Below, piece after piece: positions 1-11,482 of a stretch of DNA of 64,000 nt; the first letter of the stretch is position 1, and every line of letters starts with the position of its first letter. The notes under the pieces were generated by a model. That model saw nothing but the letters and a program-made list of their open reading frames with translations, made no database searches and was not told where the DNA came from. Where the stretch lies: NCBI GenBank assembly GCA_964016885.1, contig OZ024742.1, positions 354,392,001-354,456,000 on the forward strand. The letters run 5' to 3'. Source of the DNA: Eledone cirrhosa (Eukaryota). The position numbers and the translations under genes are program-made.

Positions 1-289
1 ATAAACATTGATTACCAGGTAAATTAAATATGGAGATATAAAATATACAGAAGCGAAAATCAACCCAAACCAAACAGTGAGTGTGTTCTGGTGTTATTTC
101 TGGCAATATTATAACAATATGACTCTCCCAAAATTTAACAATATTTGTTTCAAAACACGATTACATCTCAAAGACATTGCAAAACGTATATATATATATA
201 TACTCAGCCGTCGGGGTCCTGACTCCTTTCCTACACACACACACCCCCACACACACCCCCACACACATATATATATATGTGTGACTAGA

Positions 290-1168
290 CATAGGGTTAG
301 ACATGTAACACCTAGAGTAAACGGCCAAAACACGAATAACGTAAACCCTAGAAACAATAGAAGAAACAGACAAAGAAAATACCTATGGTTCAACCCAATA
401 TTCAACTCCTCTATAAAAACTAGACTGCCCTCTATATTCTTTAAACTAATAGATAAACACTTCCCTATCTCGCATAGATATCACAAAATACTCAATAGAT
501 CTACTATAAAACTCTCTTTCTCAACAGAAGCTAACATAGAATCACACATACGCAAGATCAACCACAGAAATATCTCAAGTAAATCAATTGCACCTATACA
601 TAAGCACAAACTCATCACAACATCACAACCACAAGCGCATACGAACGCGCAGCAGCAAAACCCCATTGGCCATATATCACAACCCACTTATAACAGGGTA
701 CTAAATAGGAATGTAAAGGCTGCACAAAATAGCGCCTCAAACTGCAACTGTCACCTCCCAGATAGGTGCCCATTGGCGAATAGATGTCTCGATTCGAGCC
801 TGGTGTACATGTGCACTGTCATCTCGGGTAACTCCACCTGGAATTACATAGGATCCACCGCGGGTTCTTTTAAGAAAAGATGGTATGTGCACAGGCACTC
901 AATGAAAAACCGAGCACTTATGGGTTCCACCACCCTCGCCAGAAAAATATGGGAATTGAAGGACAGCAACGCTAGCTACACTATCAACTGGTCGAAGTTG
1001 TCGGCTGCTAAAACCTATAGTACAGGGATGTCCTATTGCAGGCTGTGTGATCTTGAGCTATTGTATATCCTTTGAAATGTTAAAAGGCTACTTAATAATA
1101 AGTTAGAAAGATCTATCTTCTGCAGACATAGAATAGCCACTAAATTCATAAGATTCAAACCTCCGTGA
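290..1168 (+). pseudogene. 5'-truncated Penelope-like (Naiad-type) element: RT thumb/linker plus GIY-YIG endonuclease
   Basis: ORF 77..1075 contains KYLWFNPIFN...KHFP..HRYHKILNRSTIKLSFS, the CNC..CPL..CL Zn linker, NYIGSTAGSFKKRW (GIY-YIG) and CRLCDLE. The frame continues past TGA 1073-1075 as NVKRLLNNKLERSIFCRHR to TGA about 1168. Homologous to 50940-51762. Confidence 0.9.
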
Positions 1169-1497
1169 ATCGAACCAACATAACATAGCTTTAAATTAGG
1201 ATACCTACTACCCACAGAAATATATTCATTAAGTATACTATTTCCTTCACAAGTCTATACCGCACAATTGTCTGTAAATACCTCATCTACCAACAATCTT
1301 ACTCCTTCTCAGCTGCTGCAATCATTTGATCCTAGATCCTAGTTTTTTCTCATTTCACTACTACAATGTTACTTTACCCTCTTTTTGCCATAATTACAAT
1401 TAGCAGGCTTTTCTCTTTGCATGTATGTATATTTTCGTACGAGTGTATATTGATGTGTATCTATGTGTCTATGTACACATATATGTGTGTATATATT

Positions 1498-1553
<56 letters not shown>

Positions 1554-1913
1554 TAGATATATGCGTATATTAATTCGTTAACCTCTGTATTAACTCTACA
1601 ACTATTGAGCTTTGACAGTGGTCCCACTCATGTATACTGTTGAAGATGAAGAGAAAGACTGTAAAAACTAGCTTATCTTTATAATTTAAAATTGATACAC
1701 ACTACGATACTTTTTGCCTTATGACAGCTGGTTTTCCCGCCGTAACATTAGATACATTATATACCCCCCACCTAAGTAATGTCAGGGTCTCCTTAAATAG
1801 TTTATTGATAGCATTGTTTTAATAGTTGTTGTTGATATTGTTCTAATTGAATGCCATAACTACTCCATATTTTCTTTACTTTTCTTGCCTGTGTATTTTC
1901 TTCATTCTCGCAT

Positions 1914-2019
1914 GCTCCGAAGATCTGACTGGTTATAATTCTAAATTGGCGATCGAGTGACGCAAAATTAGGCGGATAGCGATCTCTAGACATACCAGCT
2001 CAGTGAAACAAATGTAAGC
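1914..2019 (+). ncRNA. type I hammerhead ribozyme candidate with long stem II and U4C core
   Basis: GCT-CCGAAGA-[T CTGA CTGGT..TCTA..GATCG..CGC..GCG..CGATC..TAGA..ACCAG.TCAG T]-GAAA-CAAATG-TA-AGC. Same strand as, and downstream of, the PLE at 290-1168. Confidence 0.65.
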
Positions 2020-2244
2020 TATGTGATTAAAAACTTTTTTGTATAGCAAACCATGTAAACCTTCTTTCCTGATTTATTATTACTCCAAGTGTTTACAACA
2101 TAGGAATTACAGCATACCCGCAGCATCACTATGAAAACGCCTTGTTGAGTCAAACCAAGCCAAGCGTTAATATCATCCACTACCTGGAATACCATAACTG
2201 GACTTCACCTAAGTGGACTGCATTTAACTATTATTTGTTAATCC

Positions 2245-2299
<55 letters not shown>

Positions 2300-2307
<8 letters not shown>

Positions 2308-2610
2308 ATTCATAAATGGAAACTATATTTATATAATCATATTTATTCTATTATATATATTTCAACGGTAGCAAAACTTAGGTACGCACTCATCAGATAA
2401 AATAGAAAGTTTGTTTTATAAATATTGAGATGTTAACAGTTCAAAAATTGAACCGTTAAGATATCCTTCCTGGATATATAAATATTTATAAAACAAACTT
2501 CGTATTTTATCTGATGAGGGCGTACCTAAGATTTGGCACCCTTGAAATATAGATAATAGTATAAATATGGTTTCATAAATATTGTTTCCATTTATTAATA
2601 TCATTGACGT
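2300..2610. mobile_element. inverted pair of PLE pLTR fragments, each arm carrying a hammerhead (2344-2404 minus, 2503-2563 plus)
   Basis: 2305-2420 is the reverse complement of about 2485-2605. Both arms read TATTTTAT-CTGATGA-..-GAAA-TATA(T/G)A-TA-ATA. Flanked by (TA)n. Confidence 0.75.
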
Positions 2611-2693
2611 TATTCTCCAGAAAATTGTCGAGTGTTTCGAATCATTTATAAATATATATATATTTAGAATTAACAAGTTAAATATACCTTTTG

Positions 2694-2754
<61 letters not shown>

Positions 2755-2999
2755 GACAAAGTGGAGAATATCATGGTCACAAGTACAACAAAGGGGATTT
2801 ATTTGCAGCCTAACAATTGTTTCATTGATAGGGATGTCTACAAATTGCTGAACACTAAAAGCAGTGCCATTCAATTTTAAATACGATGTTAACTCTATTA
2901 AAGCAACGCTGTACTCTAAAACTATCCATAATAATAAGTATTCATAACCTTTAATTGGATAACCTATAACGATATTCCTTTATCCTTTATATATACTAC

Positions 3000-3084
<85 letters not shown>

Positions 3085-3205
3085 CATTAGAAAGTGAGGT
3101 TTCTCTTACAAAATGAAAAATAACCGAGGTGTCCTACACGAGTGAAAGTATATAGGAAAGAAGATGAAATCGAAAATGCAACTGGAGTCTTATTTTTTTT
3201 TAAAA
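3085..3205 (+). repeat. dispersed ~120 bp repeat next to (TA)n
   Basis: A near-identical copy lies at about 53747-53860, followed there by an inverted partial copy at 53880-53925. Confidence 0.7.
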
Positions 3206-3284
3206 TATATATATTTATTTGGTTCCTTTACCGATTTGGCAGTTCTTCTGCTTTTCAAAAGTAGAGTTGAGATGGAGGGTCTGT

Positions 3285-3317
<33 letters not shown>

Positions 3318-3320
<3 letters not shown>

Positions 3321-3436
3321 AAAGCAGTCAGGATCACGACGGCTGAGAGTATATAACGAAGGAAGTGTGGTACGGAACCAGGTGGACCATAACGCACCAG
3401 AGTAGTCAGCCGTCGGGGTCCTGACTCGTTCCCTAT
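3318..3436. repeat. short fold-back repeat unit, dispersed
   Basis: GTCAGGATCACGACGGCTGAG pairs with CAGCCGTCGGGGTCCTGAC. Partial copies at about 203-232 and 29722-29776. Confidence 0.6.
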
Positions 3437-3441
3437 ATATC

Positions 3442-3790
3442 ATATTATCAAGGTGTTTGAGAAGGTGGTGAGATCACGAATAACCCACGTTCTTGAAAGC
3501 AACGGCCTGCTGAACTCCAACCAACATGGGTTCCGTAATGGAAAGGACTGCCTAACGCAGCTCCTGCATCTCTCTGACAGTGTTGTGAGAGCCTTGGGAG
3601 AGGGCTCCAACAATGATGTCATCTACCTTGACTTCAGCAAGGCCCCGTGCTATCCGCCCACGACAAAAATCTCACTCGCATCACACAATTATTTCACCTC
3701 CATTGGCCCTGCATTCTTTAACATTACACCAAGAAACATAAAAGCAGAGACAGACCCCATCAAGTTCAAGAAGTCTTTAGATAAATTCCA
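3442..3790 (+). pseudogene. CR1-clade LINE RT fragment with internal deletion
   Basis: FEKVV..LNSNQHGFRNGKDCLTQLL..DVIYLDFSKA is fused directly to the C-terminal-like SIGPAFFNITPRNIK..FKKSLDKF. Confidence 0.8.
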
Positions 3791-4199
3791 TTCGATGAAG
3801 CTCGACGCAAGTATGTATTTTGATCCGGGGATGAACGTGGGCTACATTAAAGTTTCGGAAAAACGATAATTGGATCACTAGAGGCAAAATTCGATACTTA
3901 CGAAATTTGTCAGATTCCAATGAAATTCGACGTAGGTATGTATTTTGATGCGGGGATCAACGTGGGAAAAATCCGGCAACCGAAAAACGCCATTATTCTT
4001 GCTTCCATTTGTCGCGACTCCCGCCATGCAAAAAACGTTCAATCTATCAGGATTATCTACCGTAAGTCTCTTTAAATTAACGCTCACCATATTCAGCAAA
4101 CCTTTTATGCCGATTCTTCCATTTCTTATATAAGGATTATCAAGACTATACCGCCCCGCATCATCCTGTATGGCACCCAGTCTTCTCAAGCAATCGTTG

Positions 4200-6130
4200 A
4201 GCCTCCATGCGCTCTCTCCATTCCCGTGGCCCCACTACCGTAGCATAATGAGGCATCCGTCAATCCCTGCCCCCTTCCTTCCCTGCACGCCGTTGACCCA
4301 CTGAATCGTTGTACATCACCATGCGCATCTCTGCCTTGTCACTCGCAATTCATTCCCCGGCCCTTTCCATTGCCTGCTCTCCGTGATCCCTAAGGACTGC
4401 CACGGCTCAACATGCCGAATCCCTGCTACAGTCCACCCCTGCCGATTTCCATTGCCTACACTCCGGGAGTGCTCAAGACTTCCATGCCTTACAAGCCGCA
4501 TCCCTGCCACTATCAAGTCCTGCCCTCTCCATTCCCTGCACGCCGTCAACCAACTGCACCGGCATGCCTCTCCATGCCGCATCCATGCTCTGTCAGCCGC
4601 CATGCCCTCATCAGCCTTTTATTTTTCCTGCCCACGTGCTCCTTCAAGACTGCCATGCCTAACCAAGCCGAATCCATGCTACTGTCAACCCCTGCCCTCT
4701 CCCTTGCCCGCACGCCTTGGTCCTTCACGAGTGCCATGTCTCACTATGTTGAATCCCTGCAACCGTCGATCCTGGCCATCTCCTTTCCCTGCACGCCGTC
4801 GACCTACTGCATCGTTATGCCTCACCATGCCGCACCATGATCTGTCAGCCGCCATCCGCTCCTCAGCCTTTTATTTTGCCTGCCGGCCATGCCTAACCAG
4901 GCTGCATCCCTGCCACCGTCAAGCCCTGCCCTGTCCCTTGCCCGCACGCCTTGGTCCCTCACGCCTGCCATGGTTCACAATGCGGCATTCCTGTCCTGTC
5001 AGCAACTTGCTCAAATGTCATCAGCATGGTTTATTCCTGCGCCGCACATAACCGCCCATTATCTCAGACCAAACACAGCACCGAACATGAAGACGATCCT
5101 GTGTAAGCATTTTTACATTCATGTTTACCATATTTAACACAATTAAACAAACATTCATCCCTTTCTCCTCCAAAGCCTACTGATTATGTATGGCCGATAA
5201 ACATCCTGCCTTACACCCGGGGCTCTCTACATTCCCGAGGTACAACTCAATTGGCATGCCGCATCCACGCCCTGTCAGCCGCCATGCACCCTGCCCTTTC
5301 GTCATGCCTCATCATGTTGCATCCCTGCCCTGTCAGCCGCCATCCACTCCCCGACCCTTTCCATTGCCTAGGCATGGCAGTCTTGATGGACCAAGTCGCA
5401 GCCCTATCACCGTCAACCCCTGCCCTCTCCGTTCCCTGCACGCCGTCGTCCCACTGCATCGTCATGCATCACCATGCCACATCAATGCTCTGTCAGCCGC
5501 CTGCCCCTCCTCGGCCCTTTCTTTTGCCTGCACGCAGTGCTCCTTCAAGACTGCCCAGACTCACCATCCGGCATCCTTGCCGCCGTCCACCATGCCCTTT
5601 TCCTTGACTGCTGGCCGTCGTCCCACTGCATCGTCATGCCTCAGGATGCAGCATCCATGCACTATCAGCCACCATCCACTCCTCGCCCCTTTCTTTTTAC
5701 CTGACCGCCGTGCTCCTTCAAGACTCCCATGGCAATCTATGTCGCAACAATTCCTTGCCACCCACTTAAACCTCATCAGCATGGCTTATTGTTGCCCCAT
5801 TTGATCACCGATTTTCGCAGGCTAAATACAATACCAACGTGCACGATAGTCCGTGGTAAATCTTTTTAATTACATGTTCATGATGCTAAGCGAAGGTTGA
5901 ATAGAAACTCTTTCATTTCTCCTGACATGCCTTTCACTCAATTACGGCCGAGAAGCATCCTGTGTAGCATCGCGTCTTCTCAAGCGATCAGCAGGCCTTC
6001 CACTGTCCTCACAATTGACTCACAACGCCGCATCTATTCCCTACGATGCCCCTAATCATCGTCAGCATGGCTTATTTTTCTGCCGCGTTTAACCGGCCCT
6101 CATTTTAGGCCATAAACAACAAAACCTCGC
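4200..6130 (+). repeat. degenerate GC-rich tandem repeat (minisatellite, unit about 140-150 bp)
   Basis: The motifs CCCTGCCCTCTCC(A/G)TTCCCTGCACGCCGTC, CTGTCAGCCGCCAT and TCCTTCAAGACTGCCATG recur. Two sub-arrays share similar tails (CATCAGCATGGCTTATT). Confidence 0.8.
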
Positions 6131-6835
6131 GATGATGCTGCGTAAGCCTATTTAAATTAATGGTCAACATGTTCAACGAAACAATTGTACCAATTATTCC
6201 TCTTCACCTCCAAGGCATATCCATTACATCTTAGAGGTAGGGATTCGCAATTTTTACGATTTCAATATTGACACAACATTCCGTCAGGTTTTTCGGCACA
6301 TATTGCTCCTATAGGAATATCAAGGGGATTTTCATTTAATTCGTAAGTGTTCAGTCTTCCGTATGCTTTTATTTGTTATTGATACAACACCAACTACAAT
6401 CATCTAACTTCACTTTGTAGGCTAGACGAGAATCATAAGGAAAACAATCCTCTGATACAACCCCACCATATTATTTGGTCTACCTAGATTTCAATGGCTA
6501 TATCCTTTGCTTTTGTACGGTTGTACATTTGACAATGTCGCAAAACATTATTCCACTTGATTCTTATCTTTCAGCTATGAAATGGGCAGTGCCTTAAAAT
6601 CCCGGTTTTGTTGCGTACAGTTTTTTGGTATCTTATGAATGTAGAATCGAAAAACCCTTTTTCTCAATAAACTGATACATACGTTACACATGCTCCATGG
6701 ATGTTTGTGGACTATTTTTTTCAAAATACCAATATCACAGATTGGAGTACAAAAAGAAACGTTTGTTCTTCATTTATTTCTGTTAAAGCATCCTGCTGGA
6801 ATTTAGCGCAGACCCGTTTAAATCCAGCGCCTTAT

Positions 6836-6866
6836 AACACCGAGTGTAACCGGGTACACCAGCTAG
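6836..6866 (+). mobile_element. Helitron-like 3' terminus
   Basis: Degenerate hairpin ACACCGAG..CCGGGTAC followed by CTAG; similar to the termini at 7535 and 54435. Confidence 0.5.
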
Positions 6867-7534
6867 AAAGACAAATATAAACATTGTTTCCTCGGTCCGA
6901 TTTGACGAAAGTCGATTTAGTTCCACAACAAATCAACAAACCATACTTGAAGACACGTTGAGGCTGTTGCAAAGGGCAATAACCCTAGACACAATTTTGA
7001 CCAACTTTTTTTCAAGTAGAGCAAATTTACCGGGACAGGTTTTTAGCTACTCAAATCTACTTCAGAGGTCACGCATTCATGTAAAAAATCAATAAAACTG
7101 AAGCGGTGGTTCGACTTTGCGCAAAAAACGAGGCAAAGTTGCACATGGGAAAACCTTTTACAGGAACGTCCGATTTTCTTGAAAACTGTCGCAAAAGACT
7201 CGTCATTATGCCGCGGTTCTGATAAGTTCCATTTATTTCTTCTTCTGCACATGTGAGCGCGGAAATTGTAAAAAAAAAACAAAAAAACTGTGAACAAATC
7301 GACTTTTCACCCTGCTTTAAAAATCAACTGAAAATTCAATTTCCAATGAATTTAACTTCCGTCAGTCGTGCAAAGAACAATTTCAACGATGTACTGTTTA
7401 TCCATTATTTATGCTCAATTATAAACCTGTGTCTGCTAACTTTTGTTTTTTTCCTTGAGTTTCGAAGGTTTTTGCACCTGTGATGCGCGGGAAATAACTG
7501 TCACACATTTGCACAACAGAGCAAAGATCTACTT

Positions 7535-7566
7535 ACACCCGGGCAACGCCGGGTACTTCTGCTAGT
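7535..7566 (+). mobile_element. Helitron 3' terminus; non-autonomous element probably extends upstream to about 6880
   Basis: ACCCGGgcaacgCCGGGT hairpin, then CTAG followed by T, abutting (TA)n. Confidence 0.7.
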
Positions 7567-7626
7567 ATATATATATATATGTTTTGCAGGGATTTTGATA
7601 TGAAATCGTATTTGAAACAAATATTG

Positions 7627-7762
<136 letters not shown>

Positions 7763-7799
7763 CATACACACATGCATGCATATAGCAAGTATTTCATTT

Positions 7800-8200
7800 G
7801 TTCCTCTTCTTCTTCTTCGCCTTCGTCTTATTCCTGAGAGGATAGTTAGGGCAGAGTGTTCAAACACCCATCCCACCTCTTCGCCCCAGAAGCACTTCCA
7901 ACTGATGCGCTGGATCCCCAAGTCAGACCAACCAAGCTCGAGTATGCTGTCAAACCAAGTTACCCGAGGTCTACCCCCGAGTCTCCTGTCACTTAGTTTT
8001 GCCTTTAAACTTGGTTCAGTGATTCGTTCCTGAGACATTCTTACCACGTGCCCATAGTATCGGTGCTGTTATCACTTAATTCGCTAAACCTGGGGATCTA
8101 CCTCGAGTTACTCTCTCAGCTCCAAGCTAGACATATTATCGGGTAATGTTACTGTAAATACTGCAAAGGAGCCCCATTTCACCCTTTCTATTCTCAATTG
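7800..8200 (-). pseudogene. RTE-type LINE 3' fragment with (AAG)n tail
   Basis: Minus-strand [26 protein letters not shown], ending in an AAG repeat. Confidence 0.7.
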
Positions 8201-8802
8201 TATCGGCCACTAAAGTATGCCAATTCACCATTGGCTTCACAATTCTTTGGTGCATTAATGTGATAGATATTTGATAGATATTGAAAATGTCAATATTCTT
8301 GAAGTTAGCATCACATTTTTGTCACTTCAGACATAGGAAAACCTCCCTAAAACAAATCTATTTCACCTCAACTAAGTGATATTTTACACATCTTGTGAGA
8401 TATCCACTAATCCGTAATGTCTTCAGTAATATGACTCATATTTGATTATTCTATAATAAATTTCAGAAATATCGCCCATATTTAGTAGTCTCAATGCTTA
8501 GGGTTAATACATATACTATCAACCATGAGAATCATCAGCTCTTCAAGAATTCATATATTATTTAATTCATTTATAGTCGACTGCAATAGCATGTTAGTAC
8601 AATACACAATTTAGTTGGCCAGCAGATGTAACGAGCCATACAAGAATTGTTAAAAACACTAATCAAACTATAAACTGCGAATCAGAAGATAGGAATATTT
8701 ACACATATATTGTATACAATATATTGATAGATGGGCGAACTCTTAAAATCATAGAACACACTGTTTTACAAGTCAGTGTATATTCCGTATTCATCTCCCT
8801 CT

Positions 8803-8881
<79 letters not shown>

Positions 8882-8931
8882 ACAATATATATATTGTTAT
8901 ACTATATATATATAGAGAGAGAGATATAGAG

Positions 8932-8962
<31 letters not shown>

Positions 8963-8969
8963 CATAGAT

Positions 8970-9054
<85 letters not shown>

Positions 9055-9213
9055 AAATTTGGAAATAGCACGGCAAATATATGTAAGGGTCTGTTTTACT
9101 TTTTTGATTCGTCAAAGTGACATTATTGAAAATATTACTTTATTAAAAAATAAAAAGGCTGAAAACACACAGACACCACAACCCTCTTCCCACCCACACA
9201 CATATGTGCACTG

Positions 9214-9262
<49 letters not shown>

Positions 9263-9643
9263 CGTGTGTCTCTGTATATTTATGTGTGTATGTATGTCTT
9301 TATATACACACACACGACAAAATAAGAGGAAATAATTACTCATTGCAGAAGTGACTGCTACTGATACTCTGGCTTTTGTTAAAGAAGTTTATTTTAAATA
9401 TTTGAGAATTTTCTGAATTTTTAAGAAATAAATGTTTCTTACTTTCCCACCACGAAGGTATCTGTGACAGACAGGGTGGGAAAACACACACACACACGTG
9501 TGTTTGTGTTTTTCCAGATACCTTTGTGGTGGGAAAGTAAGAAACATTTTACAGGGACTGTGACAGGCAGACTGAAAAAACCCCACACAAACACACACGT
9601 GTGTATTGTTATATATGCACCCCCACCTTCTCTCTCTCTCTCT

Positions 9644-9706
<63 letters not shown>

Positions 9707-9712
9707 AAACAG

Positions 9713-9778
9713 ATACGGCTTAATTTGGGCTCGCTGTTTACAAACAAACCGAACATTATAATATATGTTCGGTAAACC

Positions 9779-9820
<42 letters not shown>

Positions 9821-10330
9821 CATGTATGTATATATATACATACTACTGTACGTCAATATACATATATGTATGTAAGTATACATACTTATATTTAAGTAAC
9901 AGCTGTACTAAGAGTGAGAAATGAAATTTCATTTTTTCCATATATATATATATATAAACGGAAAAAATGAAACGAAATTTCATTTCCCACATTTAGTACG
10001 GCTGTTACTCAAATATAAGTATGTACACGTACATACATATATGTATACAGACGTACAGTAGTATGTAGATATATATATACATACATGCACACATACATAT
10101 ATGCACGTATGTATTCACCGAATATTTATTATATACTCGGTGTGTTTGTAAACAAACATCCCGTATTAAGCCGTAGTGGCCAGCAACCATCGTTGCTCGT
10201 TTGCTCAACGCTGACAAAGGAACGCTGTACTAGTTTCAAGCTTATTAGCGATCGTCAGCAACGTAAACCTTCCTGCCAGATTGTTGAACGTATATCTTAC
10301 CTTGCAACGTTTTTTCAAATATTCACTTCT
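9713..10330. mobile_element. inverted pLTR pair of a non-coding PLE-derived family; hammerhead at 10223-10263 (minus)
   Basis: 9713-9940 is inverted relative to 9960-10175. The minus strand reads CGTTG-CTGACGA-TCGCTAATAAGCTT-GAAA-CTAG-TA-CAGCG. Same family as 28140-29200. Confidence 0.75.
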
Positions 10331-10337
10331 GCATTCG

Positions 10338-10411
10338 CAGATTGACACTTTTAGTTTCAGAAGATCCCGTTAAGGGTGAAATCAGTGAGTCTTTGCTTAA
10401 ACTTTAATCTG
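10338..10411 (+). ncRNA. hammerhead-like motif, U4A core family
   Basis: CAGATT..AGTTT-CAGAAGA-TCCC GTTAA GGGT-GAAA-TCA..TGC-TT-AAACT..AATCTG. Copies at 32677-32750 (minus), 34325-34398 (plus) and 39210-39320 (partial, both strands). Confidence 0.65.
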
Positions 10412-10529
10412 TTATTTTAATAAATATTTGCTCTACCGCTGTTATATATTTGATATATATTTATCCTTATCGAGCCCTCTTTGGATGTTCGTCTTCAAAT
10501 TTATTATTACTATATATATATATATATAT

Positions 10530-11385
10530 ATATATAGGGAGAAAGAAAACGATTATTAGGAAGAGCATTTTTTTCCGTTACCTTTTCTGGGTTAGAAAAT
10601 GTCTAAAACAATTTATTTTACTTTGCGTGAGGTGTCAGTGTATCAATTAATTAATTTATTAATTAATAATACCATTGATTTTTTTATTTATTAATTTATT
10701 TATTTAATAATTATCAATTACCGGTTTCAGCACTTTATGCATTTTCATATTATGTAAGTGTGTGCGGGTGGTGGTAGTGGTGGTGGTGGGGGGGGGATGT
10801 TTGTACAAAATGTTAAGCATGTTAAACATGTTAAGTTAATGTCAAAGGAAGTATAATATTATTTACAAACTTGGTTTTTGAAGACCAGCAGTTCAAAAAT
10901 AGTTTTTAGGAAAGATCGCTTGAAGATGTTCATTCTTGTAGGATTGGATGGGTTTTCCCTTATTAGAGAACTAATATGCAGGAGGAGGTAATTCAGAATT
11001 CAGAATTCTGAACTGCTTGTCCTCAAAAGCCATGTTTGTAAATAATATTATCCTTTCATTCGCATTACCTTAACATGTTTAACATCACCTTATTTTCTCG
11101 TCTACATTTTCTAAAAACACAAATTCCTTTTTTTCTCCCCCAAACACATAATGTGAAAATGCCTAAAATTGCTGAAACCGGTATTTGATCATCATTAAGT
11201 AAATAAATGTATAATTAAATAAATCAATGCTATTGGTAATTAATAAATAAATAAATTAATACTTTGACACTTCACACAGCGTAAAATAATTTGTTTTAAA
11301 CATATTATAAACCAGAAATAGAAAAAAATAACGGAAAATAAAATATTTTTCTTTCTAATAATCGTTTTTTCTCCCTATATACATA
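10530..11385. mobile_element. element with ~230 bp terminal inverted repeats, probably inverted PLE pLTRs with decayed outward-facing hammerheads
   Basis: 10530-10755 is inverted relative to 11148-11382. Each arm has TGAAAA-TGC..GCT-GAAA-CCGG-TA (palindromic ACCGGT). Confidence 0.6.
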
Positions 11386-11420
11386 TTCCAACTCGTGTGT
11401 TCGTTCTCCACATTTTATTA

Positions 11421-11482
<62 letters not shown>

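Noticed and set aside
1073-1075. In-frame TGA in the first PLE as possible selenocysteine
   Set aside because: It aligns to a non-Cys position (Lys in the 51660 relative); most simply CGA->TGA decay.
1719-1760. Minus-strand hammerhead-like remnant (also ~2808-2850)
   Set aside because: The CUGANGA core is absent or has multiple mismatches; only the palindromic stem III half is recognisable.
4316-5804. Long Cys/Pro/His-rich ORFs as host proteins
   Set aside because: They are open in several frames on both strands within a GC-rich tandem repeat and show no domain motifs.
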